64,000 nucleotides of DNA from an uncultured Actinomycetota bacterium. GTDB lineage: Bacteria > Actinomycetota > Actinomycetes > Streptosporangiales > Streptosporangiaceae. Within the stretch, counting starts at the first letter, position 1. Each line of letters starts with the position of its first letter. A program made the translations under genes and the position numbers. Shown here piece by piece: positions 8,912 through 18,524 of this stretch. The stretch spans positions 586,919-650,918 of the forward strand of contig CAVYKS010000009.1 in assembly GCA_963769145.1 (NCBI GenBank), read 5' to 3'. Below the pieces are notes generated by a model that worked only from the letters and a program-made list of their open reading frames with translations, was not told the origin of the DNA and ran no database searches.

Positions 8912-9850
8912 TCAGGGTCGGGTCAGGGCCGCGCCTTTGAACACCTGTCGGCGGTGCCAGGCGACGTGCTCTATGGCCGGAACGCTGGTGCCAGGCCGAG
9001 GCGACAGCGGCCGTCCGTCCAGCTCGTACAGAGCCCGCCCGGCCGTAGTCCGCGCGGTGAACGCCGCCGAAACCTGGACCCGCCAGCCTGGGTCCAGGCC
9101 CAGTGCACCCAAGTCGAACAGCTTGTGATGCAGCACGCACAAGGCCAGGCCGTTTTCGAGCGTATCGGGGCCGCCGAACGCGAACCAGCGCACATGCGCG
9201 GCGTCCAACCCGGCCGTAGCACCAGCGAGTTGGCCGTCATACCCGCAGAACGCGCACTGCCGATCCCACGCCTGCAAAACCGCGGAACGCCAGCCCGCAT
9301 CGCGGCGCCGCCCGGCCAGCGCCGGGTCATCCGCATCGGCGCCGGCTAGCACTAGACCAGGATCCAGGCCAGCAGCCGCGATTACGTCCGGCGCGACGGT
9401 CTCGGGAAAGTTCGACAACACCAACGAGCGGGCCACCGACAACAGCAGGGCCGGATCGGCGCGCAGAGCATTCTCCGCCGATCGCTCGAACCGCCCCGTC
9501 ACGTGCCGCTCAGCTAGCGGGCGGACCAAGTCCATCGGCACGTCCTGATCGAGCACCCACACCCCGTCAGAGCGCAGCCTGGTGAATGGATATGCCGCGC
9601 TCTGTGTCCGGCCAGTCCGCGATGGAGGCCCGAACTCGCCTATCAGATCGGCCAGCGCTGGCTCGGCTACCGACCAGGGCAAACTGCTCGACCCGGTCTG
9701 CGCCAAGCGGGCCAATGCCAATAGCACCAGCAGCGGTTTGTGCGGAGAACGCTGCCCGCTCCGCTGGTGCTGGCGCAGCGCGGCGAACCGTTCCGGCACG
9801 CCAGCCGCCGCTGCTGTTGCTTCCGAGCCCACGTTCACAGCCTGACACAA
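8912..9850 (-). CDS. HNH endonuclease with N-terminal sulfur-binding-like domain (putative phosphorothioated-DNA-dependent type IV restriction endonuclease)
   Basis: The HNH core is CAFCGYDGQ...AAHVRWF...NGLALCVLHHKLFD. The N-terminal half (QRSPHKPLLVLLALARL ... QSAAYPFTRLRSDGVWVL) matches my memory of SBD-HNH proteins of the ScoMcrA type. The HNH call is firm; the SBD call is from memory. Confidence 0.6.
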   Translation of the reverse strand: MCQAVNVGSEATAAAAGVPERFAALRQHQRSGQRSPHKPLLVLLALARLAQTGSSSLPWSVAEPALADLIGEFGPPSRTGRTQSAAYPFTRLRSDGVWVLDQDVPMDLVRPLAERHVTGRFERSAENALRADPALLLSVARSLVLSNFPETVAPDVIAAAGLDPGLVLAGADADDPALAGRRRDAGWRSAVLQAWDRQCAFCGYDGQLAGATAGLDAAHVRWFAFGGPDTLENGLALCVLHHKLFDLGALGLDPGWRVQVSAAFTARTTAGRALYELDGRPLSPRPGTSVPAIEHVAWHRRQVFKGAALTRP

Positions 9851-9894
9851 ACGCCGTTAAGCAGGCCCCTGCTCCGCCGGTGACCCGCTCACTC

Positions 9895-11292
9895 CTAGCT
9901 GTCCAGGGCCGCGAGCAGTTGCGCGCGGCTGGGCTGGGGAATCGGTGGTCTGCGACCTTCGGCTAGGACCGCTCTGGTGGCGGCGACCACGCGCGGGTCA
10001 CCGTAGACCTGGTCGGGTCGGCTGATCATGCCGAGGAGCCGCCAGAACGCGCGGAACGCGACCGGGTCGACGGCGGCGGCCGTGCGCACCTGCGCGAACG
10101 TGACCCGGTCGCGGTTCTCGGGCGTCGGAACACGGTGTGCCTGAGCAAGGCCAGTCGCTCCGCGTCTATGGCGGCCTGGTCTTCGTAGTACGGCGCCACA
10201 TGATCGGCGATCAGTTCATCGAGTGCCAGCGCTTGAGCTACCGGGTCGCATGGGTGCTCGGCCAGCGTGTCGGCGAGAGCGGCGGCCCCCTGAATGGCGA
10301 GAGTCAGGCCGCGTCCGAGTGTCGGGTTTGTGGTGCAGACCGAGTCGCCGATCGCGTGCAGACCGGTCACCACCGGCCCGTCCTCCACGACCAGGCGGCG
10401 CAGCGTGTTGTGCAGGCCAGCCATCGGGTAGACCGGGCTGATCGGGTCAAGGACGTCCAGCCAGGCGGCAAAAGCCGGAATGGTCCGCAGCAGGGCGGTG
10501 AACGCCTTTGGCTGCCTGACCGCCAGGAAGCGGCGATGGCGGCCAAGGGCGCTATCGCGAGCTGCATCACCGAGTTGTCGGCAGCGAACAGCACGGCGGT
10601 GAACTCGTCCAGACCAAGCACCAGCCGGGTCGCGATCGCACCAGGCAGATCCGCCGTCTGGCGCAGTCGATAGTGGGCGGCCGAAATATGCCAGGCCACA
10701 CTCGGCTTGCCACCTAGCCGGCGGCCGTGCGCCGACCTCGACCAGCCACCGCCCGAGCGGGGACCGGCGGCCAGTCGCTTCAATCACGAAATCGGCATCA
10801 ATGTCTCCGTGGCTGGTATGCAGGCCGGTCACCCGAGGCGGGTTGCCCGGCGCGGTGATCAGAACGACGACCCGCACCGGCGTTCGCAGCTCGACACCAG
10901 GCTCGCCGAGCACCGCGCGCAACAGCACCCAGTCCAGCGTCGACCGGCGAACTAGCAGCGGCGCCAGCCGGTCACCACCTGGCCAGGACGACCGGTCCGC
11001 CAGCGTCGGGAGCATGAAGGCCGACAGGGGGGCCTCGACCGCGCCGACGGCAAGGAGCCGGTCGTAGACGTCGGGCAACCGCTCCCGCATCAGTGCGGCA
11101 CCGGGCCATGACGGCGTGCGGCTGGACGATGTGCGGCGCGGAGGCGCGGAACGCCGAGGCGGCCGCTGACTCGATGTCCAGCGAGGCATCAAAGCGCTCT
11201 TGGTCCACCACGAGTACGTCATGGCCGGCTCGCGCCAGCAACAGCGAGGCGAGCAAGCCGGCCGCGCTAGCCCCCGCGATAACGATCTTCAT
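9895..11292 (-). pseudogene. FAD-dependent oxidoreductase/monooxygenase, disrupted by at least 3 frameshifts
   Basis: The N-terminal Rossmann motif MKIVIAGASAAGLLASLLLARAGHDVLVVD is in ORF 10972-11316. The body continues in another frame (10026-11222: RERLPDVYDRLLAVGAVEA ... HAIGDSVCTTNPTLGRGLT). A middle piece is in a third frame (10367-10783). The C-terminal tail is in ORF 9895-10089. Confidence 0.7.
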
Positions 11293-11358
11293 CGCATACA
11301 CCTCCAATCGGCGCAATCCCGCCGCTAGTCGACCGATCGCGCGGAAGCAACTTCTACT

Positions 11359-11375
11359 TTAGAGTTTAACTCTAA
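11359..11375. promoter_or_regulatory. Perfect 8-1-8 palindrome, candidate TetR operator
   Basis: ttagagtt-t-aactctaa ends 3 nt upstream of the tetR-family ATG (11378), in the divergent intergenic region shared with the decayed FAD oxidoreductase gene. Confidence 0.5.
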
Positions 11376-11377
11376 CA

Positions 11378-12061
11378 ATGGAGTGTTACTCTATTGACGT
11401 GGATCAGCCGGTCGAGGCGCCGCCGGGACGGCGGCAGCGCAAGGCCCAGGCGACTCGACGCCGGGTGCTTGATGCGGCCGAAGCCCTTTTTCGGCGCGAT
11501 GGTTATGCCGTCACCACGATCACCGCCATTGCCGAGGAAGCCGACGTGGCCACCCAGACGGTGTATGCCGTCTTCGGTGCGAAGCGGGCCATTCTGGCCG
11601 CGCTAGTGGCGGCCCGCGTCGTGGGCGACGACGACCCAGCCCCGCTCCGGGAGCGCGACGAGTGGCAGGCGATCGAGGCGCAGGCCGATCCGCGGCGGCA
11701 GGTCGAGCAGCTAGCCGCGACCGCTGCCCGGATTGGGGCTCGGATAGCCGATCTGTACGCGGTCATGGCGGCCGCCGCCGCCTCAGACCCCGACATCGCC
11801 GACACCTACCAGCGACAGCAGCAGGCCCGCTACGCCGACCAGCAGCGCGTAGCCCAGTCCCTGGCTGGCCGCGACGCCCTGCTACCGGGGCTCACCGACA
11901 TCCAGGCGACTGACATCATCTGGACGCTCGCCAACCCGCATACATACCGGACGCTGGTCATCGAGCGCGGCTGGAGCGCCGACGACTACCAGCGGTGGCT
12001 CACCCGCGTGCTGGCAAGCTCGCTGCTCGCCCAGCCAGCCCCTCCGCTAGCTGCCGAATGA
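11378..12061 (+). CDS. TetR/AcrR-family transcriptional regulator
   Basis: The N-terminal HTH is RRRVLDAAEALFRRDGYAVTTITAIAEEADVATQTVYAVFGAKRAIL. Confidence 0.9.
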   Translation: MECYSIDVDQPVEAPPGRRQRKAQATRRRVLDAAEALFRRDGYAVTTITAIAEEADVATQTVYAVFGAKRAILAALVAARVVGDDDPAPLRERDEWQAIEAQADPRRQVEQLAATAARIGARIADLYAVMAAAAASDPDIADTYQRQQQARYADQQRVAQSLAGRDALLPGLTDIQATDIIWTLANPHTYRTLVIERGWSADDYQRWLTRVLASSLLAQPAPPLAAE

Positions 12062-12699
12062 CAGCATCTGTGCGAAGACGTGCTCGAAGTCAGGTGCGGG
12101 GCGAGAGACTGGGTGGTGTGGTACCGGAGGGATTTGCTCGGGCGCTTGATGGTTTCGAGGCCGTCGTAGCCGGCGTGCCGCCCGGCCGCTGGGATCTGCC
12201 GACGCCGTGCGAGGGATGGTGCGCCGCCGACATCGCGGGACATGTGATCATCGCCTTGCGGACGATTCAGTCGAACGCGATTGGAAGCACCGTCGCGGTG
12301 GGCGCGGCCGACCTGCGATCGGCTGCTGGCCCCGATCCCCTGGAGACCTGGCGTGGGGCGCGCGCTGACATGATGGCCGCACTTGATGACGCGGCTCTGG
12401 TTCGCATGGTGGAGTTGCCGTGGGGCAGCGCGATGCCTTTGCGCGAGTTCGTGGAGCGGTATCCGCTTGAGATCCTCGTCCACACGTGGGATCTGGCTCA
12501 GGCCACTGGCCAGGCTGTACAGGCAGATCCGGACGTGGTACGCGACGCATTGGACACCGCGCGGCAGTTTGCTCCTGCGGGTCGCGCCGCCGGGATGATC
12601 GGCCCGGAGCGAGCCGTGAGTGAGCATGCCGACGACCTGACCAGGCTGCTGGCCCTGTTCGGCCGAAGCGTTACCGGTGAGCAGCTTCAAAGTCATTGA
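12058..12699 (+). CDS. TIGR03086/DinB-like (mycothiol maleylpyruvate isomerase N-terminal domain) metal-binding protein
   Basis: Contains RWDLPTPCEGWCAADIAGHVI and LVHTWDLAQATGQ. ATG 12058 overlaps the tetR stop as ATGA (12058-12061), suggesting co-translation. The longest ORF starts at 11995. Confidence 0.8.
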   Translation: MTASVRRRARSQVRGERLGGVVPEGFARALDGFEAVVAGVPPGRWDLPTPCEGWCAADIAGHVIIALRTIQSNAIGSTVAVGAADLRSAAGPDPLETWRGARADMMAALDDAALVRMVELPWGSAMPLREFVERYPLEILVHTWDLAQATGQAVQADPDVVRDALDTARQFAPAGRAAGMIGPERAVSEHADDLTRLLALFGRSVTGEQLQSH

Positions 12700-12927
12700 A
12701 ATTCAACGGCCGCGCGGCAAGCGGTAGGCCGGGCAGTAGAAGTCGATAGCTGTGCTCTGGAACGCCCCGGACATGTAGTAGCTCGGCGGTGAGGCACGAG
12801 CAGCCAACCGCCACGGTTGTTTCATATCGTCCGGCCTGATGAAGTGCCACCCGGATTAGCGACGCACAGGGCACCTGCCCTGGTGACACCCTCGTAGCCC
12901 GCTATCCGACGGATGTGGCAGTCTTCG

Positions 12928-15750
12928 CTAAGACACGACGACGCTTATTCCGGCCTCCCTTGTCATGCTGCCCATTGTGGCTGTGGCATGCAGGACTGCG
13001 CTGATGTTGGGTGTGTAGCTGGGCGGCGTTACTTGGAAAGTCGCGGTCGGGGCGGTGCCGGGCGCGACCGAGGTGAAGTCCGTCGGGCCAGCGGGCACCG
13101 CACTCCAGCCCGGCGGGAGTTGCAGCGCTAGCTGGACGTTCGCCAAGGTTTCGTCTCCGGACGCCGTTAGCTGTACCTGCACCGTCGCGGCCTGGCCCGG
13201 CCGCATCGTCGATGGCGCGGTGATGACGACCTGCCGGGCGGCGGGGGTGTCGGCCATGGTAAAGGTGCCCTGCAGCGGCAGGTTGGCCAGCGCGGATGAG
13301 TCCCCGAGGTAGACGGTGTACGTGCCTTCGGTCTGGGTCCAGCCGTTCGCTGTGTCGTTCCACCACGACATCTGCTGGGGTGTGATGGTGAAAGACACCT
13401 GGGTGGAGGCGCCCGGTGTGAGGTTCACCCGCTGGAATCCGGCAAGCTGGCGGGGCGGTTCGCCGGAAGCGGACGGGTCGCCCAGGTAAAGCTGCGTCAC
13501 GTCGCTGCCGGTCACCTGGCCCGTGTTGGTAATTGTGGCGGTCACCTGCACGTTCTGCGTTCCGTCCACGGTGCTAGGGCTGACCTGCAGGTTACTGAAC
13601 GCGAACTGGGTGTACGAGAGCCCGAACCCGAACGGGAACAGCGGCGTCAGGTTGTTCGCGTCGTACCAGCGGTAGCCGACGCCGGTGCCCTCTGAGTACT
13701 GCACGTCGGTGCCGTTCCCGGGGAACTGGGCAGTGGTGCTGGCTGGCACCTGGCTCAAGCCGACCGGGAACGTGACCGGGAGGTGCCCGCCGGGGTTGGT
13801 CTGCCCGAACAGGACGGCCGCAAGCGATGTCCCGCTGGTCTGGCCCGGGTACCAGGCATCGAGTACCGCGGCGACCTGGGACAGCCAGGGCATTGCGACC
13901 GGGGCGCCCGCGTCGATGACCACGATCGTGTGCGGGTTCGCCGCCGCCACCGCCTGGATGAGCTCGTCTTGGGCGGACGGCAGGCTCAGCGACGGCCGGT
14001 CGGCGGCCTCGGATTCGGTGTCGTCGGAAACGACGACCACGGCTGTGGACGCGGACTGGGCCGCGCTGACGGCCGCGTTGATGGTCGGCGCGAGCGCTGA
14101 TGGAGTGCCCCAGAGCAGCTGCGAGGACTGGCCGCTGATCGACAGCGTGTAATGCTGGCCCGCGGTCAGGCTGACGGCGACCGAGTATGTGTGCACCGGC
14201 GGGGTGCCCGGGTTGTCCAGTATCTGCTGCCCGTTCAGCGACAGGTTCGTTGAGGTGTAACAGCTGCAGGGGTTGGTCAGCGCCAGTACGTAGGTTCCGG
14301 TCTGCGGGGCGGTCAGCGTGCCGGTGTAGCTGCCGCCGGACCCGGTGGATGAGTAGGCGGGGGATAGGCTGCCCGACGGGATAGACGGCAGCGAGGTGTC
14401 CGTCGGCAGGCCCTGCTGGTAGACGATGTTCGTGCCGGTGCCGGCCGCGGCCTGGATGCCCGCCATCGGGGTCACTGTGCCCGATGGGATCACATAGGCG
14501 CTGCCGCCGCCCGCGTAGGTCGGTGCGGCGGACGCTGACGGCCCGATGACGGCGATGGTACCGGCGTTCGCCCCCGGGAGCGGGAGGACGGAACCGGCGT
14601 TCTTCAGCAGCGTCGTGCCCTCTTCGGCGACCGTGGTGGCCACTCCTTGGTCGGCGGGCGTGGTCACGGTGGCCGAGGTCGAGCCTGACCGCGGCTGGTT
14701 GAACAGGTTGTACTGGAACATCTGGGTCAGGACCCGCTGCACCATGGTGTTCAGTGCGTTGCGCGGGACGCTTCCCCTCTGAATGGCGGTCTTGAGCGCC
14801 GATCCGTAGTAGGTGCTCTCCGGTTGCTCCATGTCGGTGCCCTCGACCGCGCCCTGCGTCGAGTGCAGCGCCGCGTAATCAGAGGTCACGAAGCCGCCGA
14901 AGCCCCACTGGTCGCGCAGCACGCCGGTCTCAAGGAACGAGTTGTTGCAGCTGAAGTTTCCGTTGGCGGACGAGTAGGCGCACATGACCGACGCGGCGTT
15001 ACCCTGTGTCACCGCCGCGTCGAAGGATGGCATGTAGATCTCTTGCAGCGTGCGGTTGTCGGCGATGACGTTGTCGGCCGCGGTATTGCGGAACGTCTCC
15101 TGGTTGTAGGCCTCGAAGTGCTTGACCTGCGACATCACGCCCTGGCTCTGCACGCCCTGGATTTCGGGGACATCCAGTGTTGAGTTCAGGAACGGGTCTT
15201 CGGACAGCGCCTCGAACGATCGGCCCCAGCGCGGGTCCCGGTCGATGTTCACCGTCGGCCCGAGGTTCGCGCTGGCCCCCTTGCCGAATTCCTCTGTCCC
15301 GATCACCTGGCCGTACTGCTGAGCCACGGACGGGTCCCACGTCGCGGCCAGCGCCACGCCCGCCGGCAGCTGAGTCACGCCGGTCAGCCCGTCGGCCACC
15401 CCCGCCGGGCCGTCCTCAAGCCCGAACGCGGGGATGCACAAGGTGGAGATCGCCGGTGTGTAGAAGACGTACGGGTTCGAGGTTCCGTGGCCCTCCACCA
15501 TGCTGATCTCCTGGCTCATCGACATCTGGGCCATGAGCTGCGCGACCCGTTGGGGGATCGGAGCGGTGGAGGTCACCCACGGGCACGAGGTGCTCGCCGC
15601 CTGGCCGACCGCGCTGGTCCTCGTCGCCTGGGCGGTCGCGGTCAGTCCGGCGATCAGCCCAACCAGGGCTGCGGCGACGGCAGCCGCAACTATTCGGCGC
15701 TGGCGGTATCTCCCCCAGTTCGCCACCCGCCGAACTTCCGCACCAAACAT
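12928..15750 (-). CDS. Secreted glycoside hydrolase family 3 beta-glucosidase with PA14-like insert and C-terminal NEW3-like domain
   Basis: GH3 motifs are present, including GFGGFVTSDY (nucleophile Asp region). An internal beta-rich insert (TGTYVLALTNPCSCY...AGQHYTLSISG) resembles PA14. An Fn3-like domain and a C-terminal Ig-like domain follow. The N-terminal RQRRIVAAAVAAAL is signal-like (Tat-like). ATG 15750 is preceded by a ggagg SD. Confidence 0.9.
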   Translation of the reverse strand: MFGAEVRRVANWGRYRQRRIVAAAVAAALVGLIAGLTATAQATRTSAVGQAASTSCPWVTSTAPIPQRVAQLMAQMSMSQEISMVEGHGTSNPYVFYTPAISTLCIPAFGLEDGPAGVADGLTGVTQLPAGVALAATWDPSVAQQYGQVIGTEEFGKGASANLGPTVNIDRDPRWGRSFEALSEDPFLNSTLDVPEIQGVQSQGVMSQVKHFEAYNQETFRNTAADNVIADNRTLQEIYMPSFDAAVTQGNAASVMCAYSSANGNFSCNNSFLETGVLRDQWGFGGFVTSDYAALHSTQGAVEGTDMEQPESTYYGSALKTAIQRGSVPRNALNTMVQRVLTQMFQYNLFNQPRSGSTSATVTTPADQGVATTVAEEGTTLLKNAGSVLPLPGANAGTIAVIGPSASAAPTYAGGGSAYVIPSGTVTPMAGIQAAAGTGTNIVYQQGLPTDTSLPSIPSGSLSPAYSSTGSGGSYTGTLTAPQTGTYVLALTNPCSCYTSTNLSLNGQQILDNPGTPPVHTYSVAVSLTAGQHYTLSISGQSSQLLWGTPSALAPTINAAVSAAQSASTAVVVVSDDTESEAADRPSLSLPSAQDELIQAVAAANPHTIVVIDAGAPVAMPWLSQVAAVLDAWYPGQTSGTSLAAVLFGQTNPGGHLPVTFPVGLSQVPASTTAQFPGNGTDVQYSEGTGVGYRWYDANNLTPLFPFGFGLSYTQFAFSNLQVSPSTVDGTQNVQVTATITNTGQVTGSDVTQLYLGDPSASGEPPRQLAGFQRVNLTPGASTQVSFTITPQQMSWWNDTANGWTQTEGTYTVYLGDSSALANLPLQGTFTMADTPAARQVVITAPSTMRPGQAATVQVQLTASGDETLANVQLALQLPPGWSAVPAGPTDFTSVAPGTAPTATFQVTPPSYTPNISAVLHATATMGSMTREAGISVVVS

Positions 15751-15911
15751 CCCGCTCGCCTCCACCACGCATACGCGCCAAGTGCACGTAATTCTTCACT
15801 TCTTCTTCGCACGAGCGCGTCGGCGTGCCAAGAGGGTGGCCTTTGATAATTTCCGGGATCCCGGTCCGGCGCAGCGGCCACCGTCCGAACGGCATCCGCC
15901 CTGCGGCCAGG

Positions 15912-16027
15912 CGACGGCCAGACTCCGCGATCATGAAACCGCCATTACCGCGGAAGCGCAGCCGCGATATCCGACAGCCACACTCCACGATCATGACCCC
16001 AACCTTGATCACGGAAACAAAACCGCG
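15912..16027. repeat. Dispersed ~100-nt intergenic repeat, copy 1 (gatcatg-containing element)
   Basis: 15925-16027 aligns by eye at roughly 85-90 percent identity with 61980-62082 in the same orientation. It has an internal ~60-nt periodic duplication (cgacggccagactccgcgatcatgaaacc versus cgacagccacactccacgatcatgacccc). Confidence 0.8.
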
Positions 16028-16321
16028 GCGGGTTCACCCGCCGCCACCGCGGTTCGCCACCTCGGGGTCAAACCCGCCAGTCGGCCACCACGCCAGCGGA
16101 CGCACCGCGGCATCAGCCACCCTCCCCCCGGAACCACCCCACCGCCCCGCCGCGGAAACCCTCGCACCATTTACACCACCACACCAGCATCGGCCCGCTG
16201 ACACCAGTGGTTGCTATCGTCGGCCAGCCCGCCCGAACAACGGCGCGTTGACGTTACGGAGACGCGGAGTTACTCTGACGCAAAGTAATAGATAAGTTTC
16301 TTTAGAGTTTCGTGGCCCCCT

Positions 16322-16891
16322 TTGTTCCGCCGACTGACCATGGCGAGCGCTGCGGCGCTCGCGGCCAGCACGCTCATGATCGCGCCGTCGGCTGCGGCAG
16401 CCACGCAGGTCCAGGTCTACGGAGCGTGGCTGTGCGGGACTGACGAATGCACCTGGGCGAGCGCGCCCAACATGACGACGTTCGACACCGACAACCACTG
16501 GCTGATCGACCGAGGCGACGGCATACCGTCGGTCAACCTGGTGGTGCTCGCGTTCGTCAACCCGCTCAAGCTCCTCGACCAGACCACCGACTCCGGCGAT
16601 GTCAAAGGGGTCCCGGCGGGCATGACCAGCACGGTCGTGGACTACTACACGAGCCGTGGGGTCCGGGTCATGCTTTCGGTCGGCGGCGTGACCTATACCG
16701 GCGACTGGGATACGGCGTTGTCTGCGAACCCGGCGCAGCTCGGCCTCAACGCGGCCGCGGTCGCCAGTGCCGGTGCCCATGACCGCGCTGCGGCAGAGCT
16801 GAGATTCCGGCCGCGGCTGCCGACCGGTTCTCCGGTCTCATGTGCTCATGTCCAGGCGGGAGGTGAGCTCACTCACGATCTCCGCCGCTGA
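16322..16891 (+). pseudogene. GH18/chitinase-like secreted protein, 3'-truncated
   Basis: A signal peptide MASAAALAASTLMIAPSAAAA is followed by GH18-like N-terminal strands (NLVVLAFVNP ... GVRVMLSVGGVTYTG). Family-like sequence stops near 16780, before any DxxDxDxE catalytic motif. The ORF tail runs into the convergent NMO gene. Confidence 0.5.
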
Positions 16892-17800
16892 CTGCGGCTG
16901 CCTGGCGAGCGCGACGCCCTGTCCGGCCCACATCGAGAGCGCTTCGATCTCCCCGGTCGTCCCGGTCATCGGTGGCGCAGGCTCGTAGCGAACGATTGAT
17001 TCGCCAGAGGCGAAGTGCGCGATCACGTCGCCCTCTCCAGGCCGCTGCCCCGGTGCGGGGCGGCCCGCTGCCTCCCACGCCTTGGCCGTCGAGTTGCGGA
17101 GGGCGCGATGGGGAGAATCGGGCCACCCGACTTCGTAGAGGTTGGGGTACCACTGGGGATCGGTCTCTGTGGCGGCCATCAGCCGACGCCGGTAATCCTC
17201 GTGGATCGGCATCTCCTCGGCTAGCAGGAACCGCGTGCCCAGCCACGCGGCCTGCGCACCCAGGGCGAGCACGGCCGCGACTCCGCGAGCGTCAGCGATC
17301 CCGCCAGCCGCGATCACCGGCACCGGCGTCACCGCGTCCACCACGGCGGGCACCAGCGGCAATGTCGCGACGCTGCTCCACACGTGACCGCCGGCCTCCC
17401 AGCCTTGCGCGACGACTACGTCCACGCCGGACGCGACTGCCCGCCGTGCCTCCTGCGCGCTGCCGACCGTGTGCATAACGATGCCCCCGGCGTCGTGCAC
17501 AGGCTGGACGTAGCCGCTGGGATCCCCCCACATAAACGAGACGATCCGCAAGCCGGCATCAAGGGCCTGGTCAAGGCGACGGTGATGATCTTCGGTGAGA
17601 ACGAAGTTGCCGCCGAACGGCCGCGCGGTCAGCGCCGCCGTCTGACGAACAACCGCTCCAGCGTCATCGGACCAGGTCAGCGTCACCATGCCGAGCGCGC
17701 CGGCGTTCGACACCGCCGCGGCCAGCTGCGGAACCGCGGCCATAGGTGCCTGGACGATCGGCTGCTCAATCCCCAGCAACTCACACACTGGCGTACTCAT
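16838..17800 (-). CDS. Nitronate monooxygenase (NMO/2-nitropropane dioxygenase family)
   Basis: The N-terminus LLGIEQPIVQAPMAAVPQLAAAVSNAGALGMV is the typical NMO signature, and the size is ~320 aa. Confidence 0.85.
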   Translation of the reverse strand: MSTPVCELLGIEQPIVQAPMAAVPQLAAAVSNAGALGMVTLTWSDDAGAVVRQTAALTARPFGGNFVLTEDHHRRLDQALDAGLRIVSFMWGDPSGYVQPVHDAGGIVMHTVGSAQEARRAVASGVDVVVAQGWEAGGHVWSSVATLPLVPAVVDAVTPVPVIAAGGIADARGVAAVLALGAQAAWLGTRFLLAEEMPIHEDYRRRLMAATETDPQWYPNLYEVGWPDSPHRALRNSTAKAWEAAGRPAPGQRPGEGDVIAHFASGESIVRYEPAPPMTGTTGEIEALSMWAGQGVALARQPQSAAEIVSELTSRLDMST

Positions 17801-17809
17801 GACAAAGCC

Positions 17810-18412
17810 CTATTGCTCATAGGACGTGGGCGTCGACTGGGGGCTACGCCGGTCCCATCCATGGAACTTCGAGTAGTCGCCGGCGTCCCAGGCCGCGCGC
17901 AGTCCCGGGCTGCTCAGGTCCCAGTCCGGCCGGATCTCGGCGGTGGCCGTACGCAGGTCGCGCCACAGGTCGTAGAACGACGGGCGGCCCCAGAACCAGT
18001 AGCCGTTATACACGCTGTGGATGACCAGTCCCGGCTTGAGCACGAGGGTGTGCGGGATCATCGGGTCATGCTCGGGGTCGGTGTATTCGGCGATGTTCAG
18101 ATCTTTTTGGACAATCCGTCCTGGATCGGACAGAAACGGCCACTGGGCGCCGACCGAGCCGCGGAATTCCTGCAGCGCGTGATGGTCGTCGGTGGCGATC
18201 GTCGCCATCTGTGTGTATGCCACCGCGATCTCCGGATAGTGCTTGGCCAGCTCCAGGTGCTGGCGGTGCTCTTTCGGGCAGTAATTGCCGCGGGCGAGTG
18301 TCAGGATCAGCGGGTCCCGGCCCTGGAGTTCGCTCAGCGTGCGGACGGTGGCGGTGTGGTCGGGCAGCGCATAATCGGGGAAGGTGGCGCCGGGAACGAT
18401 GTCGGAACGCAC
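17810..18412 (-). CDS. Redoxin/AhpC-TSA-like thioredoxin-fold protein
   Basis: FPDYALPDHTATVRTLSELQGRDPLILTLARGNYCPKEHRQ gives a peroxiredoxin-like layout with a single conserved Cys. Its stop lies 9 nt upstream of the NMO start, so they are probably one operon. Confidence 0.65.
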   Translation of the reverse strand: MRSDIVPGATFPDYALPDHTATVRTLSELQGRDPLILTLARGNYCPKEHRQHLELAKHYPEIAVAYTQMATIATDDHHALQEFRGSVGAQWPFLSDPGRIVQKDLNIAEYTDPEHDPMIPHTLVLKPGLVIHSVYNGYWFWGRPSFYDLWRDLRTATAEIRPDWDLSSPGLRAAWDAGDYSKFHGWDRRSPQSTPTSYEQ

Positions 18413-18524
18413 GAGATGACAGCCTCTCCTGTGGCGACCTGTGAGCGTGCCGGTAGGCGTGCCCGTCGGCGCTCATTCCCACACTTCTCTGGCCTGGCTC
18501 GGTACGCACCTGGCCGACCCGTTC

